Positions 29,135 to 38,625 of a stretch of 49,654 bases of DNA are shown here, piece after piece; positions within the stretch are counted from its first letter, which is position 1; every line of letters begins with the position of its first letter. This DNA comes from an uncultured Alphaproteobacteria bacterium. Its GTDB lineage: Bacteria; Pseudomonadota; Alphaproteobacteria; RF32; CAG-239. The translations under genes and the position numbers were made by a program. Location: positions 1-49,654 of the forward strand of contig CALXTJ010000004.1 of assembly GCA_944391375.1 (NCBI GenBank), in the 5' to 3' direction. The notes under the pieces were generated by a model, which was not told the DNA's origin, ran no database searches, and saw only the letters and a list, made by a program, of their open reading frames with translations.

Positions 29135-31357
29135 TTACACAAAAGAATAAGGATCAACATCCGTTTCCACTCTTACGGTACTAGGAATATTTACCATTTT
29201 TAACCATTTTTTCAATATCACCTGAATATTTATATTTCGTAAAGTTTTTAAAAGCAAGCGATATCGGAATTTTCCCCTCAGCATAAAAATCGGAGCCGGG
29301 GCCGGACCAAGGACGGACACACCGTTTTCCGTCGGGGCATATTTTTTAAGCATATAGGCGGTTTTTTCCACCATATCTGGGTTAGTGCCCGATACAATAA
29401 GTGCGGCAAGTTTTCCGTAAGGGGGGAGTTTTAAGGCTTTTCGGGATTGTTTTTCCAGTTCCAAAAACTTAGTCCGATTGTTTTCGGCCAAGGCTTGTAA
29501 AACGGCATTTTCCGGATAGAGGGTTTGAACATAGACCGTGCCTTTTTTGTTGCCTCTGCCGGCTCGTCCTGCCACTTGCGATAAAAGTTGAAAAGTTTGT
29601 TCGGCGGCTCTTAAGTCGCTGCCCATCAAGCCTAAATCAGCATCTACGATTCCCACTAAAGTAAGAGTGGGAAAGTGGTGCCCTTTAGCCAGTATTTGCG
29701 TGCCGATAAGAATATCAATTTGTCGGTTTTCCATCCGCTGTATAACCTCGGATACTTCCTTAAAGGAGGAGGTTGTGTCGCTGGATAAAACTTCAACTTT
29801 AGCATTAGGAAAGCGTCCTTTAACCTCTTCGGCGATTCGCTCCACTCCCGGACCGCAGGCGGTTAAGCCGGTTTCGGAACCGCATTCGGGGCAAGTTTTG
29901 GGAGTATCGGTCATATAGCCGCAATGGTGGCATATGAGCTTTTTGGAGCTGCGGTGTTCGGTAAGCCAGGCTGTGCAGTTCGGACATTGAATACGGTGTC
30001 CGCAGTCACGGCAGATTAACAGCGGTGCATAACCGCGGCGGTTTAAAAACAGCATGGACTGTTCTTTTTTATCTAAGTTTTCTTGCAAAGCCTGACACAG
30101 GCTCGGCGATAACCATGACATTTTGGGCTTTTGAATATTTTCTTCCCGCTCATTGGGGTTTAAGGGTTGGGCAGTCCACTTTACGGGTTTGTCTTTTTTA
30201 AGATCAATAATTTTAATATCGGGCAGTTGTGCGGCGGCAAACCGACTGGTTAATTGCACGCAGTCATATTTATTGTTTTCAACATTATAAATGGTTTCCA
30301 AATCGGGTGTGGCGGTAGAAAGGATTATCGGCAGATTTTCAAGTTTGGCTCTGACCACGGCCATATCGCGTGCCTGATAATTAACCACATCTTCCTGTTT
30401 AAAAGAGTGATCATGACTTTCATCAACAACAATCAAGCCCAAATCGGCAAAAGGCAAAAACAAGGCACTTCTGGCTCCGACCAAAACTTTGGCCCGATTT
30501 TCCGATACGGCTTTCCAGGTTTGAGTCCGTTCGGTAGCACTCAAGCCCGAATGCCACTTGGCAGGTTTGACGCCAAAGCGTTGTTCGTAACGATTAAGCC
30601 ACTGAGTGGTTAAAGAAATTTCCGGAACTAAAATTAACACTTGCCGGCCTTGTTCCAAGACCTTGGCGGCGGCTTCAAAGTAGACCTCGGTTTTGCCCGA
30701 ACCCGTAACGCCGTCCAAAAGTGTTACCGAAAATCCGCCGTCACATTTGGCACATAAATAATCGGCGGCTTGTTGCTGCTCTGGTGTTAAGGTAACTTTG
30801 TTAAAATGGATTTTGGGCGGTAAAAACTCTTTTTGTTTTTTTACCGGCAACGGTTCTAATAAGCCGGCATCAATCAAGGTTTTGATAACACTTTGGCAAA
30901 CTCCGGCACCCTGGGCAATTTCCGCCCGTGAGTAGGGGGCATGTTTTAACAAATCAATCACCCGCCAACGGGCATCGGAATTTTTAAGTTTGGCTTCAGC
31001 CAAGGTTTTGCCGGTTAAACGATATAAAAAATTGTATTTTTCATCTTCAAAGGCACCTTTGGCACACAGCACCATTTTTAATACCAGACCGGTAAAGGCC
31101 AGATTGTATTGAGCTACCCAATCCACAAACTTCATAAGTTCGGGTTTTAGGGGATTAAGCGGCAGATACTGTTCAATAGGTTTAATTTTTTTATCATCTA
31201 AGTTAGAACTTTTGCCGATTTTCCAGATAACACCGAGTTGTTTTTCCCTACCGAAAGGCACACGAACTATTTGCCCGATTTTAGCCTCATCGGTTGCCAG
31301 ATAATCAAAAACATCATTAAAGGGCAGGCCAAGCATAACCCCGACGATTTTTCCCAT
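29135..31357 (-). CDS. priA: Primosomal protein N'
   Basis: GVTGSGKTEVY, DESH, LNRRGY, Cys-rich Zn region, QVAGRAGR; priA-atpH synteny is typical of Alphaproteobacteria. Confidence 0.97.
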   Translation of the reverse strand: MGKIVGVMLGLPFNDVFDYLATDEAKIGQIVRVPFGREKQLGVIWKIGKSSNLDDKKIKPIEQYLPLNPLKPELMKFVDWVAQYNLAFTGLVLKMVLCAKGAFEDEKYNFLYRLTGKTLAEAKLKNSDARWRVIDLLKHAPYSRAEIAQGAGVCQSVIKTLIDAGLLEPLPVKKQKEFLPPKIHFNKVTLTPEQQQAADYLCAKCDGGFSVTLLDGVTGSGKTEVYFEAAAKVLEQGRQVLILVPEISLTTQWLNRYEQRFGVKPAKWHSGLSATERTQTWKAVSENRAKVLVGARSALFLPFADLGLIVVDESHDHSFKQEDVVNYQARDMAVVRAKLENLPIILSTATPDLETIYNVENNKYDCVQLTSRFAAAQLPDIKIIDLKKDKPVKWTAQPLNPNEREENIQKPKMSWLSPSLCQALQENLDKKEQSMLFLNRRGYAPLLICRDCGHRIQCPNCTAWLTEHRSSKKLICHHCGYMTDTPKTCPECGSETGLTACGPGVERIAEEVKGRFPNAKVEVLSSDTTSSFKEVSEVIQRMENRQIDILIGTQILAKGHHFPTLTLVGIVDADLGLMGSDLRAAEQTFQLLSQVAGRAGRGNKKGTVYVQTLYPENAVLQALAENNRTKFLELEKQSRKALKLPPYGKLAALIVSGTNPDMVEKTAYMLKKYAPTENGVSVLGPAPAPIFMLRGKFRYRLLLKTLRNINIQVILKKWLKMVNIPSTVRVETDVDPYSFV

Positions 31358-31517
31358 ATCATCTCCTTAAAACTTAAAAGATAATAGGTTATTTATTTAC
31401 ACATTTCCAGACTAATAGCTTTTTTCCCACAGTTTTAATTAAGGATTTATTATGTATTGATAAATTATCAGTACATAATATATAGATTAAAAATTTTTTA
31501 TGCAAAAAGGAGCACCA

Positions 31518-33437
31518 ATGCACGGACTTCATCCCTTGATTATAGATTTAACCTTAATAGCCGTATATGCGGCGATTACGACTTTAATTTGTAAAAAATT
31601 GCATCAACCGATGGTGTTGGGTTATTTATTGGCGGGTATTTTTGCCGGTCCGTATTTTAATTTTGTGCCAACCGTGACCGATAGGGCCAATTTAGCTTTA
31701 TGGGCGGATATCGGGGTAATTTTTTTACTTTTTGGTTTAGGGTTGGAGTTTAGCTTTAAAAAGATGGTAAGTGTCGGTAAATCGGCAATGATAACGGCCA
31801 CATTAAACATTTTTTTAATGTTGTTTGTAGGCTATTACATAGGCTTGTTCCTTAACTGGACGGCCATAGACAGCTTCTTTTTAGGGTCCATGATTTCCAT
31901 GTCGTCAACTACCATTATTATCAAAGCGTTTGATGATTTAAATATCAAAAAGCAAAAGTTTACCGACTTAGTATTCGGAGTTTTGATAATTGAAGACATT
32001 ATGGGTATTTTATTGTTGGTTTTACTTCCGACCGTAGCCATCGGCACGGGCATTAACGGCCAAGAGTTGGGACTGGGTATACTCAAGCTGTTATTATTTT
32101 TGGTAGTTTGTTTTATTATCGGAATTTATTTAGTGCCGACTGTTTTAAAAAAACTGGCTGATTTTTTAAATGATGAGATGTTACTGATAGTAACCATGGC
32201 ATTATGTTTAAGTTTGGTATGTTTGGCGGTATATTCCGGATTTTCATCGGCATTAGGGGCGTTTATCATCGGATCCATTTTATCGGAGACGGGGGTTGTA
32301 AAACGGATAGAAGGGGTTATTAAGCCGCTGAAAGATTTTTTCGGTGCGGTATTTTTCGTAACGGTAGGCATGATGGTAGATCCGTCCATGTTCATAGAGT
32401 ATGCATACCCGATTTTTATTATAACCTTGGTAGTATTGATAGGTAAAGTAGCCTTTTCGGTATTTGGATTTGTTATTTCGGGGCAGAATTTAAAAACGGC
32501 GATATACAGCGGTTTTTCATTGGCACAGGTCGGAGAATTTGCCTTTATTATTGCGGCTTTAGGTATGAGTTTGGGAGTAATTGATAATTTTGTATATCCG
32601 ATTATCGTAGCGGTATCGGCAATTACCACTTTTTTAACGCCGATTATGATAAAATCCTCCGGATATATGTATAAGCTGGCCGAAAAATATCTTCCGCAAA
32701 AATGGAAAGATTACATTGATCAAAGTGCCAAACCGGGGGTTACGACGGTTACCGAGGAAAAGCTCTGGAAGCTGTTATTTAAGAGTTATTTTCTGCGGAT
32801 GTTTTTATTTTCGGTTATATTGTATGCAATAATTGCTTTTGTAGACAGGATAGTTCGGCCGTATGCGGCAATGATTTTGCCCGATGTTCCCAAGCGGATA
32901 TTTTTAACAATACTGGCGTTTGTGATGATGGCTCCGTTTTTAAAGGCATTAACGAGTTGGAGTTTTGTTATTCCCGATTTGTTAAATAAAATATTGATTA
33001 AGTTGCATTTAAAGCCAAAGTCGGAAACTTGTGAGGAAAAATGCGAAGGAGACCTGCCGATAAACAGTGTTTGCGTTCCCTCATCTCAGGTTTTAAGGCA
33101 GGAAGTTTTAAAGGAAAATGCGGTAAGCACATTTTTAGTTTCCAATCAGCGGATTGCCCGTATTTACGCCGTATTGTGGTATGATAGACCGGCCAACCGA
33201 CTGCCGTTGTTGATTTTAACCGGCTTAAGATTGTTATTGGCGGCCTTTTTTATAGCCACGGCGGTTTATCAGCTTTTAACGGAAAACCCTAAGGCCGTAT
33301 TTGTACTGTTGGTCTTTTCGGTATTGCTTATCACCCAATCTAAATGGTTGTTAAATCAGTATTTAAAAATTGAGAATCAATTTTTAAGCAATCTGCAGGG
33401 CGAGCCGGAAGATGAGAATAAAAAAGAGGAAGAGTGA
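31518..33437 (+). CDS. CPA2-family cation:proton antiporter
   Basis: GVIFLLFGLGLEFS, SSTTII, LIIEDI, PLKDFFGAVFFVTVG, QVGEFAFII; AAGGAG SD. Confidence 0.9.
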   Translation: MHGLHPLIIDLTLIAVYAAITTLICKKLHQPMVLGYLLAGIFAGPYFNFVPTVTDRANLALWADIGVIFLLFGLGLEFSFKKMVSVGKSAMITATLNIFLMLFVGYYIGLFLNWTAIDSFFLGSMISMSSTTIIIKAFDDLNIKKQKFTDLVFGVLIIEDIMGILLLVLLPTVAIGTGINGQELGLGILKLLLFLVVCFIIGIYLVPTVLKKLADFLNDEMLLIVTMALCLSLVCLAVYSGFSSALGAFIIGSILSETGVVKRIEGVIKPLKDFFGAVFFVTVGMMVDPSMFIEYAYPIFIITLVVLIGKVAFSVFGFVISGQNLKTAIYSGFSLAQVGEFAFIIAALGMSLGVIDNFVYPIIVAVSAITTFLTPIMIKSSGYMYKLAEKYLPQKWKDYIDQSAKPGVTTVTEEKLWKLLFKSYFLRMFLFSVILYAIIAFVDRIVRPYAAMILPDVPKRIFLTILAFVMMAPFLKALTSWSFVIPDLLNKILIKLHLKPKSETCEEKCEGDLPINSVCVPSSQVLRQEVLKENAVSTFLVSNQRIARIYAVLWYDRPANRLPLLILTGLRLLLAAFFIATAVYQLLTENPKAVFVLLVFSVLLITQSKWLLNQYLKIENQFLSNLQGEPEDENKKEEE

Positions 33438-33444
33438 TAAACAA

Positions 33445-33897
33445 CTATCGTTTTTGTTTAAAGAAATCTTTCAAAATAGTTGAAGCTTCTTCTTCCAAAA
33501 CGCCAAAAACCACTTCCGGCTTATGGTGGCAGGTGGGCTGATTAAAAAACTGCACGCCGCTTACCACGGCACCGCCTTTTGTATCAATCGCACCGAAAAT
33601 CAGGCGGCGGATTCGGGCAAAAGAAATGGCGGCGGCACACATTGTGCAGGGCTCTAAGGTAACATATAAGTCTAAATTCCACAGGCGTTTAGAGTTAAGT
33701 TTTTTGCAAGCCTTGTTGATGGCCGTAATTTCGGCATGGGCGGTGGGGTTGTTACCGTGTTCGGTTTTGTTATAGGCTTTGGCAATAACTTTTCCGGTAT
33801 CGGGATTTACAATAACCGCACCTATCGGCACCTCATCTTGCAAGTAGGCCTTTTGAGCCTGTTGTAAGGCAATTTTCATAAAATCTTCGTTGGTCAT
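33445..33897 (-). CDS. tadA: tRNA adenosine deaminase / nucleoside deaminase
   Basis: EVPIGAVIV, AHAE, TLEPCTMC. Confidence 0.9.
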   Translation of the reverse strand: MTNEDFMKIALQQAQKAYLQDEVPIGAVIVNPDTGKVIAKAYNKTEHGNNPTAHAEITAINKACKKLNSKRLWNLDLYVTLEPCTMCAAAISFARIRRLIFGAIDTKGGAVVSGVQFFNQPTCHHKPEVVFGVLEEEASTILKDFFKQKR

Positions 33898-33965
33898 AAA
33901 TATCCTTTGAGTTTTTAAAAATTTAGGGTATATTACAGCAAAAATTACAAATAGGAAAGATAAAA

Positions 33966-34688
33966 ATGGCAGAAAGATTGGCAAAATTTATGTCGCATTC
34001 GGGAGTATGCTCCAGAAGAGAGGCCGAAGAATATATCAAGCAAGGCCGAGTAACCGTAAACGGTGAAGTTGTTTCAACTCCGGCATTTAATGTTGAAGGC
34101 ACGGAAAAAATTTTGTTTGACGGTGAGAAGTTGCCGCAAAAAGATAAAACCCGTTTGTGGCTTTATCACAAGCCGTCGGGTTTAATTACCACGCACAAAG
34201 ACGAGCAGGGGAGAGAAACGGTGTTTGATCATTTGCCGATTGGCATGCCCCGAGTTATAAGTGTCGGCCGATTGGATTTAAATTCGGAAGGTTTGCTTTT
34301 GCTTACCAATAACGGAGAGCTGTCAAGAGAGTTGGAGTTGCCGCAAAATGCATGGAGCCGCCGTTATAGAGTAAGAGTTCACGGCAAGGTTGATAAGCAA
34401 AAACTGGAGAGCTTGGCCAAAGGTGTTGAAGTTGAGGGCGTGGCTTACGGTAAGGTTATTGCGGTTATAGATTCTCAAAACAGTAGCAATGCCTGGCTTA
34501 CGGTAACCTTAAACGAAGGCAAAAATCGCGAAATTCGTAAATTGATGAAGTTTATCGGCTTGGAAGTGGCTCGTTTAATCAGAGTTTCTTACGGGCCTTT
34601 CCAACTGGGAAGCTTAAGAAAAGGCGAAGTTCGCGAAGTACCGCAAAAAGTGTTAAAAGAGCAATTGGGCGGAAGGTTTGCTTTATGA
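33966..34688 (+). CDS. rluB: rRNA pseudouridine synthase (RsuA/RluB family, S4 domain)
   Basis: ERLAKFM..SRREAE, VGRLDLNSEGLLLLTN, EGKNREIR. Confidence 0.85.
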   Translation: MAERLAKFMSHSGVCSRREAEEYIKQGRVTVNGEVVSTPAFNVEGTEKILFDGEKLPQKDKTRLWLYHKPSGLITTHKDEQGRETVFDHLPIGMPRVISVGRLDLNSEGLLLLTNNGELSRELELPQNAWSRRYRVRVHGKVDKQKLESLAKGVEVEGVAYGKVIAVIDSQNSSNAWLTVTLNEGKNREIRKLMKFIGLEVARLIRVSYGPFQLGSLRKGEVREVPQKVLKEQLGGRFAL

Positions 34689-35230
34689 GAATAATTGCCG
34701 GAAAATATCGTGCCAAAAAACTGTTTACGCCGGAAAACAAGGAGGTTCGTCCCACTTCCGATAGGGCCAGAGAGGCGGTTTTCAGCATTATCTATTCGCG
34801 TCTCGGCAGTTTGAGTGGCTGCAAAGTATTGGATATTTTTGCCGGTACCGGAGCCTTTGGCTTTGAGGCTTTATCAAGAGGGGCGGAAAGTGTTTGTTTT
34901 ATTGATAAAGATGTAAAGCTGGTTAGAAAAAATTTGAATTTGTTTGATAAGGAGATTTCCAAAGTAAAAGTAGTATGTTCCGATGCTTTGTGTTTACCTC
35001 CGGCTTTAAGCGGGTATAATTTAATATTTTCGGATGCTCCGTATGCTCAAGATTTAAGTCAAAAAGCTTTGGAGGAAGCGGCGGCTAAGGGCTGGATTGA
35101 AGACAATGCTTTATGTTTGGCAGAAACCCGCAAAGATGAAGAGCTGAATTTGAGTTCGGCTTTTAAGCTTACGGATACCCGCATATACGGCTTAGCCAAA
35201 GTGTGGATATATGTTTATAAAAAACTTTAG
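34685..35230 (+). CDS. rsmD: 16S rRNA m2G966 methyltransferase
   Basis: MRIIAGKY, RPTSDRAREAVF, DIFAGTGAFGFEALSRGA, DAPY. Confidence 0.93.
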   Translation: MRIIAGKYRAKKLFTPENKEVRPTSDRAREAVFSIIYSRLGSLSGCKVLDIFAGTGAFGFEALSRGAESVCFIDKDVKLVRKNLNLFDKEISKVKVVCSDALCLPPALSGYNLIFSDAPYAQDLSQKALEEAAAKGWIEDNALCLAETRKDEELNLSSAFKLTDTRIYGLAKVWIYVYKKL

Positions 35231-35250
35231 GGTGTTTTGACAAAAAAAGA

Positions 35251-35279
35251 TTGATATTTAATTCGGAGTGTGGTAAATT
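35251..35279 (+). promoter_or_regulatory. Putative sigma70 promoter of the 706-aa orphan
   Basis: TTGATA-17 bp-TAAATT. Confidence 0.5.
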
Positions 35280-35327
35280 TCAGACAGATAACAGATATCA
35301 GATAAAAGTAACATACGGAGCTTATTC

Positions 35328-37448
35328 ATGGCACAGACTTATTTAGAAACCAATACGGTTAATCACAATTACCAAGCAAACAGTTGCGAAAATATAGAGG
35401 CAGAGTTAGCCGCACAGGAAAAACACCTGCAGGATAATTTGTCGCGTATCCGGGAGGAGATGCTGAACGCCGGCGATAATGCCGAAAATTTAAAAGCCGA
35501 AGCTGCCGGTTATCGTAACATTTTAAAGCAGGTATATGAGGATAAAGCTTTGCTTGAAAAATATCCTGATGTTTTCCCATATTTATATTCGGTAAGGGAG
35601 CGAGGCAAGGCTGATGACATGGAAGGCAAATTTACCGAAGTTTTGCAGCAGGAAGGAGATATTATTACCGAAGTTCAAGACATAGCTCCGCAAGAAGAAA
35701 GGCTTGAATTAAGCTATGAGTTAGATGGTATACCGTTTAGCATATCGGCTGATCCGTACGATAAGCCCGGAGAAGATGAGCGTCAATTAAAAGGACGCAT
35801 AAGTTTTTCAAATAAGGCAATAGATGAGTTAAACGAGTCGCGTTTGAAAGCAATTTTGGAGTTTTGTGAAAAGAGAGGCCTGTCGGTATATGATTTAGAT
35901 ATTCCGATGAAAGACGGAGTAATAGATTTAGACGGCAAGCTTGCTGAATTAACCCAAAAGATTTTAGAGGAAAGAAAGTTACAAGATATAGAAAATCCGG
36001 GGGCCGGTCCGGAGGATGACAATCCCGAGCATTATCACACTCTTGAAACGGACGGACAAGGTGCGTTATCGGCAGTTGACGGGGCAATGATAGCAGGTAC
36101 GAACGGTAAGCCTCAAAAGAAGGCACCGCCCAAACCTGTAGAGTTTGGTGATCTTCGTCAAGAATTGATAGATATGCTTGAAAAAGACATGAAGAAGACG
36201 CGTGGGTTGAGTTATTTTGAAACCACGCAGACCATTAAAGGTGTTCGTTTAAAGGTATTCAGCATTTACGACAAACCTGATGCCGACAACATGAAAAAAG
36301 ACGGCGTTAAAGACAAGAACGGCATTTATGTTCCGACCTACAGCCACCGTTTATACATGGGGCAAGATCCCAAAGACGGTCATTTTGTGTTCGGTTACTC
36401 TACACCTAACAGTAAAAAAATGGACGATACAATGGCCGGAGACTTTATGGGTATTGTTAAAAAAACGGGAGCCACGCATGTTCGGTTTTCAGATTTACAA
36501 AATTTGGATAAAGGAGTATGGATGGTAGCCTGTGCGGAGAAAGGTTTGGTCCCGATAGGCATAAGCATCAATCAGGCCAAAGCGGTTATGATGGTAGAGG
36601 CGGCTCGTAAAAAGTTAAGTAGTGAGGATTTTAACCTATTCAAGAAGCGTTTAGGAGAGCAATTATTAGAAAATGCCGCAAAGAAAAACGGTTCGGATAA
36701 GAAGTACTTTGGTTTGCCGAAATCGGAATATGACTACATTCAAAATTTGAAGAAGGGATATGAATTTGGTAACTTCAAAGATGCTTATGAAGATGACGGA
36801 GGACTGTACACCACCACCTTACATAAAATTGAAGAAGGGGCGGCCGACAGCAAAGAAGGGGCGGCTACAACCTTTGGTGCTATGGGTACATTAAGAGATG
36901 TGTTTGATATTTATATGAAGTATCAGCATGAAACATTCGGTTGTTTTTTGGAGCAAGGTACTTCCGGTCGTCGTCAATTTACCAAAGAAGAATTGGAAGC
37001 ATTAAAAGCCATACCGGCCAACAAGCCGATGATGGAATTGAGCAAGGCGGATTTTATGACCATTTACAGTGTGTTGTTGCCGCGTCGTATAGAAGATGCC
37101 AAGAAGGACATATACGAAGCCTACAAGCGTGAATTGAAGCGGAATCCGAAGCGAGCCGACGGTGTTATTTTGGGCAGCGATGTTTTCCCCAGATACAAAT
37201 CGGAAGTCAACGGCATTAACATTTATCTGACGCGTAACGGTATAGATACTTTAACCTTACCTAACGAACATAACGGTTTGGAATTTGCCCGACCGGAACA
37301 GTTACAGCCTGGAGCCCAAAACACGCAGCAACAGTCCCAAAACACGCAGCAAGATAAGCAAAACAACGAGGGCAAAGCCAAAGTCAACAACAATAGCGGG
37401 AATGCAGCGGTAAATGCCCAAGCTCAAAACTCTGCCAATAGCAGGTAA
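35328..37448 (+). CDS. Hypothetical 706-aa hydrophilic protein with Q/N-rich tail
   Basis: Long ORF with GGAG SD and its own promoter and terminator; no family recognised. Confidence 0.85.
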   Translation: MAQTYLETNTVNHNYQANSCENIEAELAAQEKHLQDNLSRIREEMLNAGDNAENLKAEAAGYRNILKQVYEDKALLEKYPDVFPYLYSVRERGKADDMEGKFTEVLQQEGDIITEVQDIAPQEERLELSYELDGIPFSISADPYDKPGEDERQLKGRISFSNKAIDELNESRLKAILEFCEKRGLSVYDLDIPMKDGVIDLDGKLAELTQKILEERKLQDIENPGAGPEDDNPEHYHTLETDGQGALSAVDGAMIAGTNGKPQKKAPPKPVEFGDLRQELIDMLEKDMKKTRGLSYFETTQTIKGVRLKVFSIYDKPDADNMKKDGVKDKNGIYVPTYSHRLYMGQDPKDGHFVFGYSTPNSKKMDDTMAGDFMGIVKKTGATHVRFSDLQNLDKGVWMVACAEKGLVPIGISINQAKAVMMVEAARKKLSSEDFNLFKKRLGEQLLENAAKKNGSDKKYFGLPKSEYDYIQNLKKGYEFGNFKDAYEDDGGLYTTTLHKIEEGAADSKEGAATTFGAMGTLRDVFDIYMKYQHETFGCFLEQGTSGRRQFTKEELEALKAIPANKPMMELSKADFMTIYSVLLPRRIEDAKKDIYEAYKRELKRNPKRADGVILGSDVFPRYKSEVNGINIYLTRNGIDTLTLPNEHNGLEFARPEQLQPGAQNTQQQSQNTQQDKQNNEGKAKVNNNSGNAAVNAQAQNSANSR

Positions 37449-37463
37449 GTGATTGATGTAAAC

Positions 37464-37494
37464 AAAAAAAACGCCCTTGATGGGCGTTTTTTTT
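37464..37494. terminator. Bidirectional terminator
   Basis: AAAAAAAACGCCC-ttgat-GGGCGTTTTTTTT. Confidence 0.85.
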
Positions 37495-37506
37495 GCAGCG
37501 GATTTC

Positions 37507-38229
37507 CTATACATCCCATACAAAGGTAAGATAACAAGAGCTTTTTTGATCGCACACTTTACAAGCCTCTGCAAAATCATTAAGAGTTAAATTTTTACAA
37601 CATAGCAGATTGGGATTGCTACAATAAGTATCTCCGTAACATTTATAGGAATATGTGGTGGTAGATGAGGAGCTTTCTTGATTAGATATGGCTATATAGC
37701 TTAATTCAGGGCTATAGCTAAGGGCGTTTTGATAAAGATTTTGGCATACCTCAAAAGAATTATTATTAAGTAACTGGTAGAGCATCGCTGTTTCGCTAAA
37801 ACTTGGGGCGTAGTTGTTTCTTAAAGTTATGGTTGAACCGAAAACATCCTGCAGGGTACCATCACTTTGCACCATATCTTCAGGTATTAACCCCATTTTG
37901 ATGTAATAAGGAGTTAGGCTAGTAAGTTTATCAAATTTCCATTCATGCCGATATTGGCTCATGATGCTAAAAAGATTATTAACCTGATCGGCCTGTTTGT
38001 TGAGTTTGTACTTCATCATGGCCTTAGAGTAACCGGCAATGGCTCCAACCGATAAAACGCCGATTATGGCCAGAACACCTAACATTTCCACCATACTTCT
38101 TCCGGAAAAAGTCGCATCTACTTGCAATTTTGCTCCTCGTGTACCTCTTATTGTACACTTCGTCGCAAAATAGCGGCGTATCTGCACCCTTTTGCGGAAG
38201 AAAGACCGTTTAAGTTCATTAAATTTCAT
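37507..38229 (-). CDS. Type IV pilin-like protein (copy A) with extended leader
   Basis: SG|RSMVEMLGVLAIIGVLSVGAIAGY class III signal (E at +5), DVFG motif, Cys-rich C-terminus. Confidence 0.85.
   Translation of the reverse strand: MKFNELKRSFFRKRVQIRRYFATKCTIRGTRGAKLQVDATFSGRSMVEMLGVLAIIGVLSVGAIAGYSKAMMKYKLNKQADQVNNLFSIMSQYRHEWKFDKLTSLTPYYIKMGLIPEDMVQSDGTLQDVFGSTITLRNNYAPSFSETAMLYQLLNNNSFEVCQNLYQNALSYSPELSYIAISNQESSSSTTTYSYKCYGDTYCSNPNLLCCKNLTLNDFAEACKVCDQKSSCYLTFVWDV
38097..38202. repeat. ~106-bp imperfect palindromic element (RPE/MITE-like) inserted in frame in the pilin A leader
   Basis: Nested inverted repeats TTCTTCCG/CGGAAGAA, AAAAG/CTTTT, TTTTGC/GCAAAA, GTGTAC/GTACAC; the leader is 36 codons longer than in paralog B. 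Confidence 0.75.
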
Positions 38230-38321
38230 AAAACATCTCCAAAAAAATTAGTAAAAAGAGCTTTAAACGAAATCTTAAACCGTTTTTTTTTTTGCAATTT
38301 TAAAGTTAAACCGGTGGATAA
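38221..38321 (-). promoter_or_regulatory. Pilin promoter cassette copy A: TTGCAA-(A-tract, 14-bp spacer)-TAAGAT
   Basis: Near-identical to 48878-48980; T11 run at 38283-38293 on the + strand. Confidence 0.75.
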
Positions 38322-38342
38322 CAAAGTGCTCAACCGATGAGG

Positions 38343-38625
38343 TCACTGTCCGAAAGAGGCCGTGTTCTTATTCAAAGTATATATGCTCCTGTCTTCTTTA
38401 CGGTTGTAAAATGTATTCTATGTTGACCAAGCTTTCTTTATCATAAGTGTTGTAGGCTTGTAATACTTTTCTATCCAAATAAACCGGAAATACCGCCCTT
38501 AAAGTGTTTTCTATCCTTCTGGAAAACGAATTTTGAAATGCCGCCGAAGTAATAATGTTGGCCACCATAATGCTGCCATCCTTTAAATGCTCCTTTACCA
38601 TCATGAAAAAGAAGTCGGGCAGATA
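38343..38625 (-). pseudogene. 5'-truncated, frameshifted remnant of a spermidine-synthase-like (SAM-fold) gene
   Basis: DFFFMMVKEHLKDGSIMVANII...VNIEYI, then a shifted frame YNRKEDRSIYTLNKNTASFGQ*; no proper 5' half. Confidence 0.45.

Noticed and set aside
38263-38278. CtrA box in the pilin promoter
   Set aside because: TTAA-N8-TTAA rather than the canonical N7 spacing; not supportable
38122-38340. ORFs 38122-38340, 48771-48956 and 48832-49020 sharing peptides such as FFFCNFKVKPVD
   Set aside because: The similarity only reflects the repeated non-coding promoter cassette
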